A DNA stretch of 64,000 nucleotides from an uncultured Planctomycetaceae bacterium. Its GTDB lineage: Bacteria; Planctomycetota; Planctomycetia; Planctomycetales; Planctomycetaceae. The notes under the pieces are model-generated. The model had not been told where the DNA came from and ran no database searches. It saw only the letters and a program-made list of their open reading frames with translations. Position numbers and translations under genes: made by a program. Numbering within the stretch: position 1 is the first letter of the stretch; every line of letters begins with the position of its first letter. Shown here in pieces: positions 39,925 through 49,800 of the stretch. The DNA lies in contig CAWCZR010000009.1 of the NCBI GenBank assembly GCA_963800135.1, positions 417,245-481,244 on the forward strand, given 5' to 3'.

Positions 39925-41430
39925 GTGGCAAACAGCGTGTGGCGTCCGCGGCTTAAAACCGGCTCACGCTGGTTGGTCCGCACTGCTGCGCTGTGTGCTG
40001 TGCTCGTCTGCACCGGATCGGGAACGTACGAGCCGGGAGCGCTCCCCATCGACGAGCCGCTCGGCGCGCGGGTCCCCGTCGGCTTCGTCGTCCCGTTTGT
40101 TCTGTTGTTGTTGTCGATCGCCGTCTTGCCGCTCGTGGCCCACGACTGGTGGAAGGACGATGGCAACAAGGCGAAGGTCGCGGCCTTCTTCTCGCTGCCG
40201 GTGATCGTGCTGTTCGTTTTTCACTTCGGCGACAGCGGCAGCCACGCGCTCGTGCACCAGGGGATGGAGTACGCCTCGTTCATCATCCTGCTGGGCGCGC
40301 TCTACGTGATCTCCGGCGGCATCCTCATCGAGGGGAATTTTCGCGGCACGCCCGGCTCGAACACGCTGCTCTTGGCGGTTGGGGCCGTGCTGGCCAACCT
40401 GATCGGCACGACCGGCGCGTCGCTGGTGTTGGTGCGGCCGTTGATACGGGGCAACCTCCGCCGCCAGCACGTCGTGCACGTGCCCGTCTTCTTTATCTTT
40501 ATTGTGGCCAACTGCGGCGGCCTGTTGACGCCGCTGGGCGACCCGCCGCTCTTCCTCGGCTTTCTCAAAGGCGTGCCGTTCGAGTGGACGCTCAAGCTCT
40601 TTCCGCAGTGGCTGCTGGTTAACGGCATGTTGCTCGCGCTGTTTGTCGTGTGGGACGTCCTCGCCTGGCGCCGCGAAGGCCGATCCGCGACGACTCAACC
40701 GGCAGATGCTGTGCCCGCTCCGATGCTGGCCGAAAAGAGTCTGCCGGCGGAGGCCGCGCCCGAGCGGTTCGGGCTGCGAGGCGTGCACAACGTGATTTTT
40801 CTGGCCGCGGTGATTGGCCTGTTGTTCGCGGCGGGCCGCGGCTACCGCCACTCCGGCGACCCCTGGCCGTTCGGGTTCCAGGAACTGGGACTGGTGGCCC
40901 TCGCGCTCGGCTCGTACTTCTCCACGCCGCCGGAGATCCGCGAAAAAAACCACGTGACGTTCGGCCCGATCATCGAAGTGGCCGTGCTGTTCGCCGGAAT
41001 TTTCATCACCATCACGCCGGCCGTTCTGTTACTGGACGAGCACGGCGGCCAGCTCGGGCTGAGTGCGCCCTGGCACTACTTCTGGGCGTCGGGCCTGATG
41101 TCGAGCGTGCTCGACAATGCACCGTCCTATTTGACGGCGACGGCCGCCGCCTGCGGTGCCCAACAGCTCCCCGTCGATGGGCGTTACCTCGCCGCCTTCC
41201 TGGAGTTGCGCGGCGATCATGCCGCCGAACAAATCCTGTCCGCGATCTCGTGCGGCTGCGTGTTCATGGGAGCGCTGACCTACCTGGGCAACGCGCCCAA
41301 CTTCATGGTGCGGGCCTACGCGGAAGAGTCGAACATCCGCATGCCGAGCTTTTTCGGATTTATGCTCTATTCGTTTGCGATACTGCTTCCGCTCTATGGA
41401 GTTGTGACGTTCGTCTTCTTCCGGGGCTGA
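39925..41430 (+). CDS. ArsB/NhaD-superfamily permease (family usually annotated as sodium:proton antiporter)
   Basis: Polytopic, with IGTTGASLVLVRPL, FFIFIVANCGGLLTPLGDPPLFLGFLKGVPFEWT and SSVLDNAPSYL. The start is uncertain (GTG 39925, or GTG 40000). Confidence 0.7.
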   Translation: MANSVWRPRLKTGSRWLVRTAALCAVLVCTGSGTYEPGALPIDEPLGARVPVGFVVPFVLLLLSIAVLPLVAHDWWKDDGNKAKVAAFFSLPVIVLFVFHFGDSGSHALVHQGMEYASFIILLGALYVISGGILIEGNFRGTPGSNTLLLAVGAVLANLIGTTGASLVLVRPLIRGNLRRQHVVHVPVFFIFIVANCGGLLTPLGDPPLFLGFLKGVPFEWTLKLFPQWLLVNGMLLALFVVWDVLAWRREGRSATTQPADAVPAPMLAEKSLPAEAAPERFGLRGVHNVIFLAAVIGLLFAAGRGYRHSGDPWPFGFQELGLVALALGSYFSTPPEIREKNHVTFGPIIEVAVLFAGIFITITPAVLLLDEHGGQLGLSAPWHYFWASGLMSSVLDNAPSYLTATAAACGAQQLPVDGRYLAAFLELRGDHAAEQILSAISCGCVFMGALTYLGNAPNFMVRAYAEESNIRMPSFFGFMLYSFAILLPLYGVVTFVFFRG

Positions 41431-41485
41431 TTGTTCCGATTTTGACACGCTTTCGGGAGGTGACGGTCGCGCTTAAAATAACCTG

Positions 41486-42661
41486 ATGCCGCGCGTGTCG
41501 TCCCCGGGGGCGTCCCCTCCTCGCGAGGCAATTCCCTCTCTGTCAGAACAGATGCCAGAACTCACCACCGCTCTGAGTTTGCAGTCGGAGCGCTTACTCA
41601 AAATTCTCGCCCCGTATTCCGCTCTCCGGATCGTCACGCACGACAACCCCGACCCCGACGCCATCGCTGCCGGGTGGGGGCTGTACCGGCTGTTTGCCGA
41701 GCACTTCGACAAGCCGATCGAGTTCGTGGCGGGAGGCGCCATCATCCGGGCGGAAAATCGCCACTTGGTCGAGCTGCTCGACCCGCCGCTGCAGATCGTC
41801 AACGGTCTCGCCGAAGATCCCGACACGGCGATCGTGCTCGTCGACTGCGGGTTGGGGACGAGCAATCACCTGGCCACGCGAGAACGCCTGCACCCGGTCG
41901 CCGTCATCGACCATCACTCGCTTTCTCATTCGAGTGCGCGAGCGCCGGGCGACACTGGCGGCTCGTCCGTCAGTGGCTCTTGTTACGGTGTCGAGTTCGC
42001 TGACATTCGCCCCTGCGTCGCCGCGACGGCCACGATCGCCGCCAGCTACCTTCGCGAGCAGGGGATCGAGCCGGGCGTGAAGCTGGCCTCGGCCATGCTC
42101 TACGCGATGCGCACCGAAACCTGCGGCTGCGAGACCGAACATTCGGAGCTCGATCGCTCGATCATGTGCTGGCTCACCGAACATGCCGAGCCCGGGCTGA
42201 TCGCGGAAATCGAAAACGCGCCGCTGGCCCGCGGCTATTTCAGCGACCTGGTCCTCGCGCTTCAGGGGACGCAGCTCTTCGACGACACGGCACTCTGCCT
42301 GCTCCCCAAGGCGAGCGGCCCGGAGACCGTGGGCGAAGTGGCCGACCTCTTGATTCGCTGCGAAGGCGTCAGTCGCGTGCTCTGTGCCGGAGCCATCGAC
42401 GACGACTTGTACGTCTCGGTCCGCACGCGTCGCGACGACGAGCGGGCGGTCGAATTGTTACAACGCACGCTCGACGGCATCGGCGGGGGCGGCGGTCACG
42501 CGCATCGCGCCGGCGGCAAGGTCGTCGGCATCACCTGCGGCGGCCGCATCTCCAACGGGCTCGAGCACCAGCTCCAAGATCGCTGGCTGGCGGCCTGCGG
42601 CGAAGAGACCCGCCGCCCCAAGCGGCTGGTGGGCCTGCGCGAAATCGTAGAGAATCTGTAA
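41486..42661 (+). CDS. DHH/DHHA1-family phosphoesterase (NrnA-like)
   Basis: DHH motifs are IVTHDNPDPDAIA, VLVDCG and VAVIDHH. DHHA1 motif is GGGGGHAHRAGG. An alternative start is at 41552. Confidence 0.8.
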   Translation: MPRVSSPGASPPREAIPSLSEQMPELTTALSLQSERLLKILAPYSALRIVTHDNPDPDAIAAGWGLYRLFAEHFDKPIEFVAGGAIIRAENRHLVELLDPPLQIVNGLAEDPDTAIVLVDCGLGTSNHLATRERLHPVAVIDHHSLSHSSARAPGDTGGSSVSGSCYGVEFADIRPCVAATATIAASYLREQGIEPGVKLASAMLYAMRTETCGCETEHSELDRSIMCWLTEHAEPGLIAEIENAPLARGYFSDLVLALQGTQLFDDTALCLLPKASGPETVGEVADLLIRCEGVSRVLCAGAIDDDLYVSVRTRRDDERAVELLQRTLDGIGGGGGHAHRAGGKVVGITCGGRISNGLEHQLQDRWLAACGEETRRPKRLVGLREIVENL

Positions 42662-42680
42662 GAGGCGAATCTGTAATTCC

Positions 42681-42804
42681 CTCGTTCCCAAGCTCTGCTT
42701 GGGAACGCATCTCCTCGAAGCTCCGCTTCGACCCTGCTCCAACGTGCAGCGACCGAAGCAGAGCTTCGGGTATGTGCGGTCCCAAGCAGAGCTTGGGACC
42801 GAGG
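42681..42804 (-). repeat. 126-bp four-hairpin repeat element, inverted copy
   Basis: It is the reverse complement of 34852-34977 with a single mismatch by manual alignment. Confidence 0.85.
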
Positions 42805-42839
42805 ATGAATCCGATTAGCGCGCGCCAGGAGAATCGGCC

Positions 42840-44231
42840 ATGGCTTCCCTGCTTCGACAGCGGCTCGCCCGCCCGACCGCCCTGCTGACGGCCCCGCTCG
42901 TCGCGCTCGTGCTGGCTGGCTGCGAGGGGGACACCGGAGTGCCGCCGGCACAACCTGCCGCGCAGCCGGCGCAGGCCGCGGCGCCCGACCCCAACGCGAA
43001 CGATCCGCCCGCCGCGCCGCAGGCCCCCGCGCAGCCGGCCGCTCACCACAATGCGGCCGTCGCCGCGGAGGAGCCGGAGCCCCCCAGCCTCGATCCGAAC
43101 GTCGTCGATCCCCACGACGTCTTCGTGGTCACCTCGAGCCTACCGACCTTCGAGCACACGCCTGCCGAAGACGGCACTCCCAAATCGGTCCACACGGCCC
43201 TCGCCACGCCGCCGCCCCAGGGCTGGGATTCGCAGAGCTTCGAGGCGGTCGAAGTGCCGGACCCGCCGCAAGCCGCGGCCGCCAGCAACACCGCGGGCAC
43301 GGACACGCCGTCGACCGACGACACTCAAACAACCAAGAAGCCCGAAAAGAAGGCGACTCCCGGCAAGAAGACTTCGTCCACTCCGTCAAGCACAACGAAG
43401 TCGACCACGGCCAAGACCCGAGAAGCCGAACAGCCCGAGGAAGGCGCGACCAAGACGCTGCCGTCCGGATTCACGCCAATTGCTGCTTTCGGCTATGCCC
43501 CGGTCGGCTGGCCCTTGCGGATTCGCTGTGACAAAGACGGAGCCGAGATGGCCTTCGTCACCGGCGGCGCAGCCACCGTGGGACACGACGGCGAGCCGGA
43601 AGAATCGAGCCCGCAGATCACGGTCGTCGTCGATTCGTTTTATATGGACATCACCGAGACCACGCTCGCGCGATTCGAGCGCTACCGCAAAGCATTCAAC
43701 GAAGAGCACGGCCACAAGGCGACGCTGGCGGCCAACTCCACTTCCCCCCCCAGCTTTCCGGCCCTGGGCTTGACCTACAAGCAGGCTGAGTTCTATTCCA
43801 AATGGGCGCAGAAGGCCCTGCCGACCGAGGCCGAATGGGAACGCGCAGCCCGCGGCGAGGGGGCCTTCCCCCACCCCTGGGGCAACGGCCGGGCCATCTG
43901 GTCGCAACCCCGCAAACGCGACATCATCACCGCGGTGAGATCGTTCGGCACCGACGTCAGCCCGTTCGGCATCTACGACCTGGCCGGCAACGCCCGGGAA
44001 TGGTGTCTCGACCACTGGTCCCCCACGGCCTTCGTCGCCGCCCACAAAGCGTCGGCCCGCAACCAGCTCCGCAACTGGAAGGGCCCGCGGGCGGCCGACC
44101 CAGTCAACTTCCACGTCGTCAAAGGCAACGGCCCCGGCTGGTACGCCTGGTCTCGCGAGGGCATGGACGCAACCCTGCACCACCCCAACGTCGGCTTCCG
44201 CTGCGTGCTGCGGCTCTCCGAGAAGAACTGA
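42840..44231 (+). CDS. Lipoprotein with Pro/Ala/Thr-rich linker and C-terminal formylglycine-generating-enzyme (SUMF1/EgtB/PvdO) family domain
   Basis: Lipobox LVLAGC. The C-terminal domain has FYMDITETT..GLTYKQAEFYSKWAQKALPTEAEWERAARG..YDLAGNAREW..VGFRCV. Confidence 0.8.
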   Translation: MASLLRQRLARPTALLTAPLVALVLAGCEGDTGVPPAQPAAQPAQAAAPDPNANDPPAAPQAPAQPAAHHNAAVAAEEPEPPSLDPNVVDPHDVFVVTSSLPTFEHTPAEDGTPKSVHTALATPPPQGWDSQSFEAVEVPDPPQAAAASNTAGTDTPSTDDTQTTKKPEKKATPGKKTSSTPSSTTKSTTAKTREAEQPEEGATKTLPSGFTPIAAFGYAPVGWPLRIRCDKDGAEMAFVTGGAATVGHDGEPEESSPQITVVVDSFYMDITETTLARFERYRKAFNEEHGHKATLAANSTSPPSFPALGLTYKQAEFYSKWAQKALPTEAEWERAARGEGAFPHPWGNGRAIWSQPRKRDIITAVRSFGTDVSPFGIYDLAGNAREWCLDHWSPTAFVAAHKASARNQLRNWKGPRAADPVNFHVVKGNGPGWYAWSREGMDATLHHPNVGFRCVLRLSEKN

Positions 44232-44263
44232 CGTAGGGCACGTCGACGTGCGCGGGAGCACGC

Positions 44264-45232
44264 ATGCGAACCGAAGCCCCTCGCGGTTGTTTATTCGGGC
44301 GATGGTCTACGGGCGCCACGTTGATTGCCGCCTCGCTCGGCCTCTCTGTCGTCAGTACCGCGTCGGTGGTCGCCCAACAGCCCGAAAACCGTCGCGAGAC
44401 GCTGCTGGAACCGGAACGCTCGAAGACCGCAGCTGACGAGCTCCGCGAGCCGAGCTTTTTCGTGCTGCCGATTCGCACCGAGCTGCAGCGGGAGCTCCTC
44501 GCAAATGGCAAACGGGTCGACGCGCTCGTCGAGTTGAATGGCTTCGTCACGATGGGGAAGAAGGGCGTCGAGCGGATGCGGGCGCTCGACATTCTGGCGC
44601 TCCGCCGCGCGCTGGCCCAGATCAAGGCCCACGATCAGAGCGCCTCCGTCGTGTTTGTCATCGGATTCTTGGGCATCCCCGGAGCACATGTGCAAAAACA
44701 GCTCGAGGAAGAGCACAAACTGCTCACCAAAGAATGCCGCGACCTGGCCAAAGAGACGAAGCTCAACGTGACGCAAATCAGCGGCACATACATGGGGACG
44801 CCCGGCGTCTGGCCCAAGGTCGTGGCCGCCGCCAACGCGATCGACTTTTCGCAAGACACCGACAAAGAGCTGCCCGCAACCGACGGCGACGTGCGCGCCT
44901 TTCCGGTGTACACAAAGGTCAGTCGCATGCTGACCGGCTGGTGCCAAGGCGGCACCGAACCAAGCTCCAACTGCGTGGTGTACCTCGGCCAACCCATTCA
45001 TGCGAGCGACACTCCGTTGATCGGCCCCGCGCTCGAGGCCCGCATCGCCGGCCTCATCACAAAGCTCGATCTGCCGCACAAGAACAGGATCGACTACCAC
45101 CTCGTCGTGCGAAACTCGGATCGCGCGGGCCGACAGCGTGACCGCGACGCCATTTACAACCGCTTCCTCAACAAAGAAGCCGACGCCCTCAGCCAACGGC
45201 TCGGGTTCAAGGACAATTCGATCACGTGGTAA
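44264..45232 (+). CDS. Secreted hypothetical protein
   Basis: 322 aa with a signal-like N-terminus (GATLIAASLGLSVVSTASVVAQ) and coding-like composition. No motif recognised. Confidence 0.55.
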   Translation: MRTEAPRGCLFGRWSTGATLIAASLGLSVVSTASVVAQQPENRRETLLEPERSKTAADELREPSFFVLPIRTELQRELLANGKRVDALVELNGFVTMGKKGVERMRALDILALRRALAQIKAHDQSASVVFVIGFLGIPGAHVQKQLEEEHKLLTKECRDLAKETKLNVTQISGTYMGTPGVWPKVVAAANAIDFSQDTDKELPATDGDVRAFPVYTKVSRMLTGWCQGGTEPSSNCVVYLGQPIHASDTPLIGPALEARIAGLITKLDLPHKNRIDYHLVVRNSDRAGRQRDRDAIYNRFLNKEADALSQRLGFKDNSITW

Positions 45233-45303
45233 AATGCTGCGGCTGAACGTAGAACAGTCGCCGGGAAAATGGGGCACGGAGTGCCCGCCGCACCTCGATC
45301 GCG

Positions 45304-45507
45304 TCACAGCACGCAACACTCGACGACCAACTCGAAGCTCTTGCCGATGCGGATGGCCGCGTGCAGGATGCGGCGCGGCGCCAAGATGAATCCGTCTTCC
45401 GCATCGGCCGCGTCTTCCTCAGGGCGGGACAAGCCGGGACGCTCTAAGCCTGAGTAATCGGATCGCGGGATCACGGTTTCGGCGAGCGGTTGAGTGCAAT
45501 TCAGCAT
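45304..45507 (-). CDS. Small hypothetical protein (67 aa) ending in CCVL
   Basis: ATG 45507 is preceded by GAGGAagcc. The sequence is MLNCTQPLAETVIPRSDYSG...IGKSFELVVECCVL. It is weakly supported. Confidence 0.3.
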   Translation of the reverse strand: MLNCTQPLAETVIPRSDYSGLERPGLSRPEEDAADAEDGFILAPRRILHAAIRIGKSFELVVECCVL

Positions 45508-45646
45508 GGCTTCCTCTTTTCCTTGCCCGGGCCGCTTTTCGGCCGCGCTTCTGGGGGAACTACTTCGGCGCTCGGTGTTGCGCTCTGACCCGGATTCCGT
45601 CTGACTCGTCGTCAGCTCTGACTCGGCCCGCAACGGTGACGACCGC

Positions 45647-46123
45647 TCAGCCGCCGGCGGCCGCTCGCTCTAGGCCGCGGATGTCGAGCTTTTTCATGCC
45701 CATCATGGCCTGCATTACCCGCTTCGCTTTCTGCGCGTCGGGGTCGCTCAGGAGTTGGCCGAGCGCCGTCGGAGTGACCTGCCACGACAGGCCGAACTTG
45801 TCCTTCACCCAGCCGCACTGCACTTCCCCGCCGCCGGCCGTGAGTGCTCGCCAATAGCGGTCGACTTCTTCCTGCGTCTGGCAACTGATGATGAACGAGA
45901 TGGCCTCGGTGAATTTAAAGTGCGATCCGCCGTTGAGGCCGAGGAACTTGCGGCCGTCGAGCTCAAACTCGATCGTCATCACCGAGCTGGCCGGCCCGGG
46001 CGCCCCTTCGGGGTAGCGGGCCGTCTTCAAAATCTTCGAGTTCGGGAAGATCGACACGTAAAAATTCGCGGCCTCCTCGGCCCGACCATCGAACCAGAGG
46101 CAGGTGCTGATCTGAGTCGTCAC
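45647..46123 (-). CDS. VOC-superfamily protein, PhnB / 3-demethylubiquinone-9 3-methyltransferase-domain type
   Basis: GTG 46123 is preceded by GGAAAGAGGAAACGCC. Sequence features are TTQISTCLWFDGRAEEAANFYVSIFPNS..MTIEFELDGRKFLGLNGG..CGWVKDKFGLSWQV. Confidence 0.75.
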   Translation of the reverse strand: MTTQISTCLWFDGRAEEAANFYVSIFPNSKILKTARYPEGAPGPASSVMTIEFELDGRKFLGLNGGSHFKFTEAISFIISCQTQEEVDRYWRALTAGGGEVQCGWVKDKFGLSWQVTPTALGQLLSDPDAQKAKRVMQAMMGMKKLDIRGLERAAAGG

Positions 46124-46323
46124 GGCGTTTCCTCTTTCCTTTTTTCGCGGTTTATTCGATTGAGGACCATCGAGCGAGTTTGCGTCCACGTCAAATAGTC
46201 GCACGACGGGGCGGATTTTCGACAGCCTGCTGCCGGAAATGTTCGTCTCGCGCCGAGGGGCTCTCGCAAGTTTGCTTGCCGTCACGAGTTCCCGTCATGG
46301 CGATTCCGCCGGATCGCGCGAGT

Positions 46324-47475
46324 CTACTTCGTCGCGGCGGCCTCGTCGGGCGGGCGGCGTGTCGGCAGGAACGGGTACACGAACTGGCGATGAAAGCCTT
46401 TGGGGAGCGTTTGGCTGATCCCGTAGCCGTTGGGCCAGCGGCCGTCGGCGGGAAGGTGATAGGTGCCGAAGAGCCAGTCGAGAAACGGATAGTGGACGGC
46501 GAAGTTGACGTCGATCGCCTCCTTCTCGATGCCGTGATGCCAGTGATGAAAGCGGGGCGTGACCAAGAGCCGGTCGAGCACGCGGAACTTCAGCCGCAAG
46601 TTGGAATGCACCATCGCCGACAGGAAAAACACGAACACCAAATACAAATAAATGGCCGGATTGCTGAAGCCCAGCACATACATCGGCACCACGGTCAGCC
46701 CGCGGAGCAGGACAATCTCGACGACGTGCATCCGCGAGCTGGCCAGCCAGTCCATCACCTGGGCCGAGTGGTGCACCGCGTGAAACTTCCACAGCCAGGG
46801 AACGCGGTGAAACACGCGATGCACCCAGTACTGCACCAGGTCCGTCAACAGCGTGATCTCGAAAAACTGCACGAGCAGCCACTGGCTGCCGACGGCGTGC
46901 CGAAAGCCGGACCAGTCGGTATTTTTCAGGATCGTCGTGGCCGGCAGCATCGAGAGAAACGTGAGCCCCTGCACGAGCAGCGTGCTGATCAAAAAGTAGA
47001 GCAGGTCCTCACGCCACTCGGAGCGAAAGATGGGCTGCTCGTGGTTACCCAGAATGCGTTCGATGGGGATGAAGACGATGCCCGTCAGAATCAGGCTGAT
47101 CAAGAACCAGTCGAGCCCCAGATACACATCGCTCGACAGATCGGTGCGGATCTGAGTCTGCGAGCCGCCGAACGCCACGGCAATAAAGACCAGGCTGATG
47201 GCGGCGAAACCCAGCACCTTCTGCTGCCGCAACACGATGCTGACGATCGCCAGCACGAAGCCGCCGATCAGCACCAGGTGCACGAGCAGGCGGATGATGC
47301 GCACGTCGTAGACGGACCGCGCCTGAGGCACGGTCAAGAGCTGCGGATAGTGCAGGCAGAGCACAGCCCCCAGCCCCGCGCAGGCGAGCACCACCGCCAG
47401 CGTGCCGCTGATCCAACCCGAACCCAGGCCACGCTCCTCGCGCGGCGATTCGAGATCTTCCCGGAGCCTGGTCAT
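46324..47475 (-). CDS. Fatty-acid hydroxylase / sterol desaturase family membrane protein
   Basis: Histidine boxes HRVFH, HAVHH and HHWHH. There are several N-terminal TM spans. ATG 47475 is preceded by GGAGG. Confidence 0.8.
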   Translation of the reverse strand: MTRLREDLESPREERGLGSGWISGTLAVVLACAGLGAVLCLHYPQLLTVPQARSVYDVRIIRLLVHLVLIGGFVLAIVSIVLRQQKVLGFAAISLVFIAVAFGGSQTQIRTDLSSDVYLGLDWFLISLILTGIVFIPIERILGNHEQPIFRSEWREDLLYFLISTLLVQGLTFLSMLPATTILKNTDWSGFRHAVGSQWLLVQFFEITLLTDLVQYWVHRVFHRVPWLWKFHAVHHSAQVMDWLASSRMHVVEIVLLRGLTVVPMYVLGFSNPAIYLYLVFVFFLSAMVHSNLRLKFRVLDRLLVTPRFHHWHHGIEKEAIDVNFAVHYPFLDWLFGTYHLPADGRWPNGYGISQTLPKGFHRQFVYPFLPTRRPPDEAAATK

Positions 47476-47654
47476 TGCGCAATCCTCCTGCCGGCAGGGT
47501 TCACGGCCATCGTAATCGGGGCTGCCCAGCGTCGCCACAAAATTTGTCAGGGCACGCCTCGCTCGTCCGGTGCCCGCCGTAGGGCAAGCGGCCACGGCAG
47601 CGTGCCCAGGTCTTCCGTTCTTATTCGGCTGCGGAATCGCGCTGAAAATCGGCG

Positions 47655-47684
47655 GGGCAAGCTGGCATGCCAGCTTGCCTACGG
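47655..47684. repeat. Short palindromic intergenic element, copy 2 (perfect 24-nt palindrome)
   Basis: GGGCAAGCTGGCATGCCAGCTTGCCTACGG lies between the lysC stop and the next gene. It may double as a terminator hairpin. Confidence 0.7.
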
Positions 47685-47725
47685 AGCACAGCCTGGAGGT
47701 CGAGTCCGCACAGCGTGTGCGGAAC

Positions 47726-49508
47726 TTAGCGGCCGAACTCGCGGTTCAGGCAGGCGAGCGCCGTGGGGCCGCTCTTGCCGGCGACGACGGCGCAGATGCG
47801 GATCTCGCTGGTGTTGATCAGCTGGACGTTGATGTCCGCGTCGGCGAGTGCCCGGAACATTTTTTCGCCCACGCCCGTATGCGTCCGCAGGCCGATTCCC
47901 ACGACGGAGAGCTTGGCCATGTCTTCGTCGAAGCTCAGGTCGGCGCCCGGCCACGGCTCCATCACTTCGCGGACCAAGAGCAGGCAGCGCTCGAGATCGG
48001 GCCGCGGCACGGTGAACGACAGGCTCGTCAGGCCGCTGTGGCTCACGTTCTGCACGATCATGTCGACCATCACGCCCCCTTCGGCGACGGCGGCGAAAAT
48101 TTCGGCCGCGACGCCGGGGACGTCGCGGCACGTTCCGTAAGGTGACCCGCGCTTGGGCCGTGTCGAGGAAGACGTCGCTGACGACGATGTCCTCCATCGA
48201 GGCCAACTGGGCCACCACTTCCTGCTCGAGATCGGCGTGAGCGTGCCCGTCGCCGGACGGCCGCTGGCTGACGCCGACCGACGGCGCGGCCGCGTGCGCC
48301 TCGTGCAGGCAAAAGCCGGCATGCACCGCCTGGGCCGCCACTTCGCATTGGTCGCGGCTGACGAGCGTGGAGATCTTGATTTCGCTCGTGGTGATCATGC
48401 CGATGTTGACGCCCGCGTCGGCCAGCGATTGAAACATCTGGGCGGCCACGCCCGTATGCGTCCGCATTCCCAGGCCCACGACCGACAGCTTCGACACGTT
48501 CGTGCCGTGCTGCACGCGGCCGGCGCCCAGTTCACCCACGGCCTGCTCGGCGGCGGTCAACGTGTCGGCCAGGTCGTCCTGCGGCACGGTGAAGGAGACT
48601 TCGGCCCGTCCCGCCTGTGCGACGTCCTGCACGACCATGTCCATGGGAATCTTGAGCCGTGCCATCTTGGTGAAGATCAGGCTCATGACGCCGGGCCGGT
48701 CGGGAATGTCGCACAGGCTGACGCGCGATTCGTTCCGCAACACGGCCAGGCCGGTGACGACGGGCAGGTCCGCGTCGTTGGGCGGCGCGATCAGGCTGCC
48801 CGGGCTCTGCGAGTACGAGGGCCGCACGCGGAGCGGCACCCGATATTTCTTGGCGAACTCGATCGACCGTGAGTGCATCACCCCCGCGCCCAGGCTGGCC
48901 AGCTCGAGCATTTCGTCGTACGAGATGCGATCCGTCTTGCGGGCTGACTTCAACAGCCGCGGATCGGTGGTGAAGACCCCTTCGACGTCGGTATAGATCT
49001 CGCACTCGTCGGCTCGCAGGACGGCCGCGAGTGCCGTGGCCGTCGTGTCGCTGCCGCCGCGGCCCAGCGTGGTGATGTTGAAGTCGTCGTCGATGCCCTG
49101 GAAGCCGGCGGCAACGACGATGCGGCCCGCGTCGAGCTCGCGGCGAATCCGCTTGGTGTCGATTTTCTTGATGCGGGCCTTGGTGTGCGTGCCGTCGGTG
49201 ACGATGCCGATCTGGCCCCCGGTCAGGCTGACGGCCGGCTCGCCCAGATCCTGAATGGCCATCGCCACAAGCGCGACCGACTCTTGCTCGCCGGTCGCCA
49301 AAAGCATGTCCATTTCGCGGGCGGACGGAGTGGCGCTGACGCCGTTGGCCAGCTCGATCAGCTCGTCGGTCTTGTGACCCCGGGCGCTGACCACCATCAC
49401 GACCTGGTTGCCGGCCCGCTTGGTGGCGACGGCCCGCGCGGCCGCGGCCCGAATTTTGGCGGCGTCCGCGACGCTCGTCCCGCCGAATTTCTGAACGATC
49501 AGGGCCAC
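47726..49508 (-). CDS. lysC: Aspartate kinase with duplicated regulatory region (four ACT domains) and one apparent +1 frame break
   Basis: GTG start. Catalytic motifs are [10 protein letters not shown] and [10 protein letters not shown]. The first ACT pair is in frame A. The second pair ([26 protein letters not shown]...[16 protein letters not shown]...) is in the frame of ORF 47726-48322. The junction is at 48121-48131. Confidence 0.9.
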
Positions 49509-49800
49509 GGTATCAACTGGTGCCGCAAGAACTGGCGCCGCGCCCAGGCGGCCGCAAAATCGCGCGAAATCTTCTCGTCAAACAGCAAGGGCCAAACAGC
49601 AGCGGACAGAATAGCAGATGCGTCGCCCAGCGGAAGTCCGGTGCCGGGAAACCAGCGTGCGGATCCTGGCGAGCGGCAGGTGTCAGCCTGCCGGTTCTTC
49701 GTTTGTCGCTGCTTCGTTTTGCGGCGCGGACCGCTGCTCACGAACGACCGGATGAACCGGCGGGCTAACACCCGCCGCTCGCCTGGGACTCCCAATCGTT

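Noticed and set aside
38215-41430. Single 1071-aa ORF spanning the MFS gene and the permease gene.
   Set aside because: It is a read-through composite. Its middle third is the out-of-frame translation of the MFS C-terminal half, while the in-frame version (ORF 38963-39898) ends with a proper stop at 39898.
49509-49800. Possible lysine riboswitch or leader in the 290-nt region upstream of lysC.
   Set aside because: I could not find the L-box conserved segments or its five-helix junction by eye. The GGCGGG-tgttag-CCCGCC hairpin at about 49760-49777 is more simply a 3' structure of the upstream gene. A covariance-model scan would settle it.
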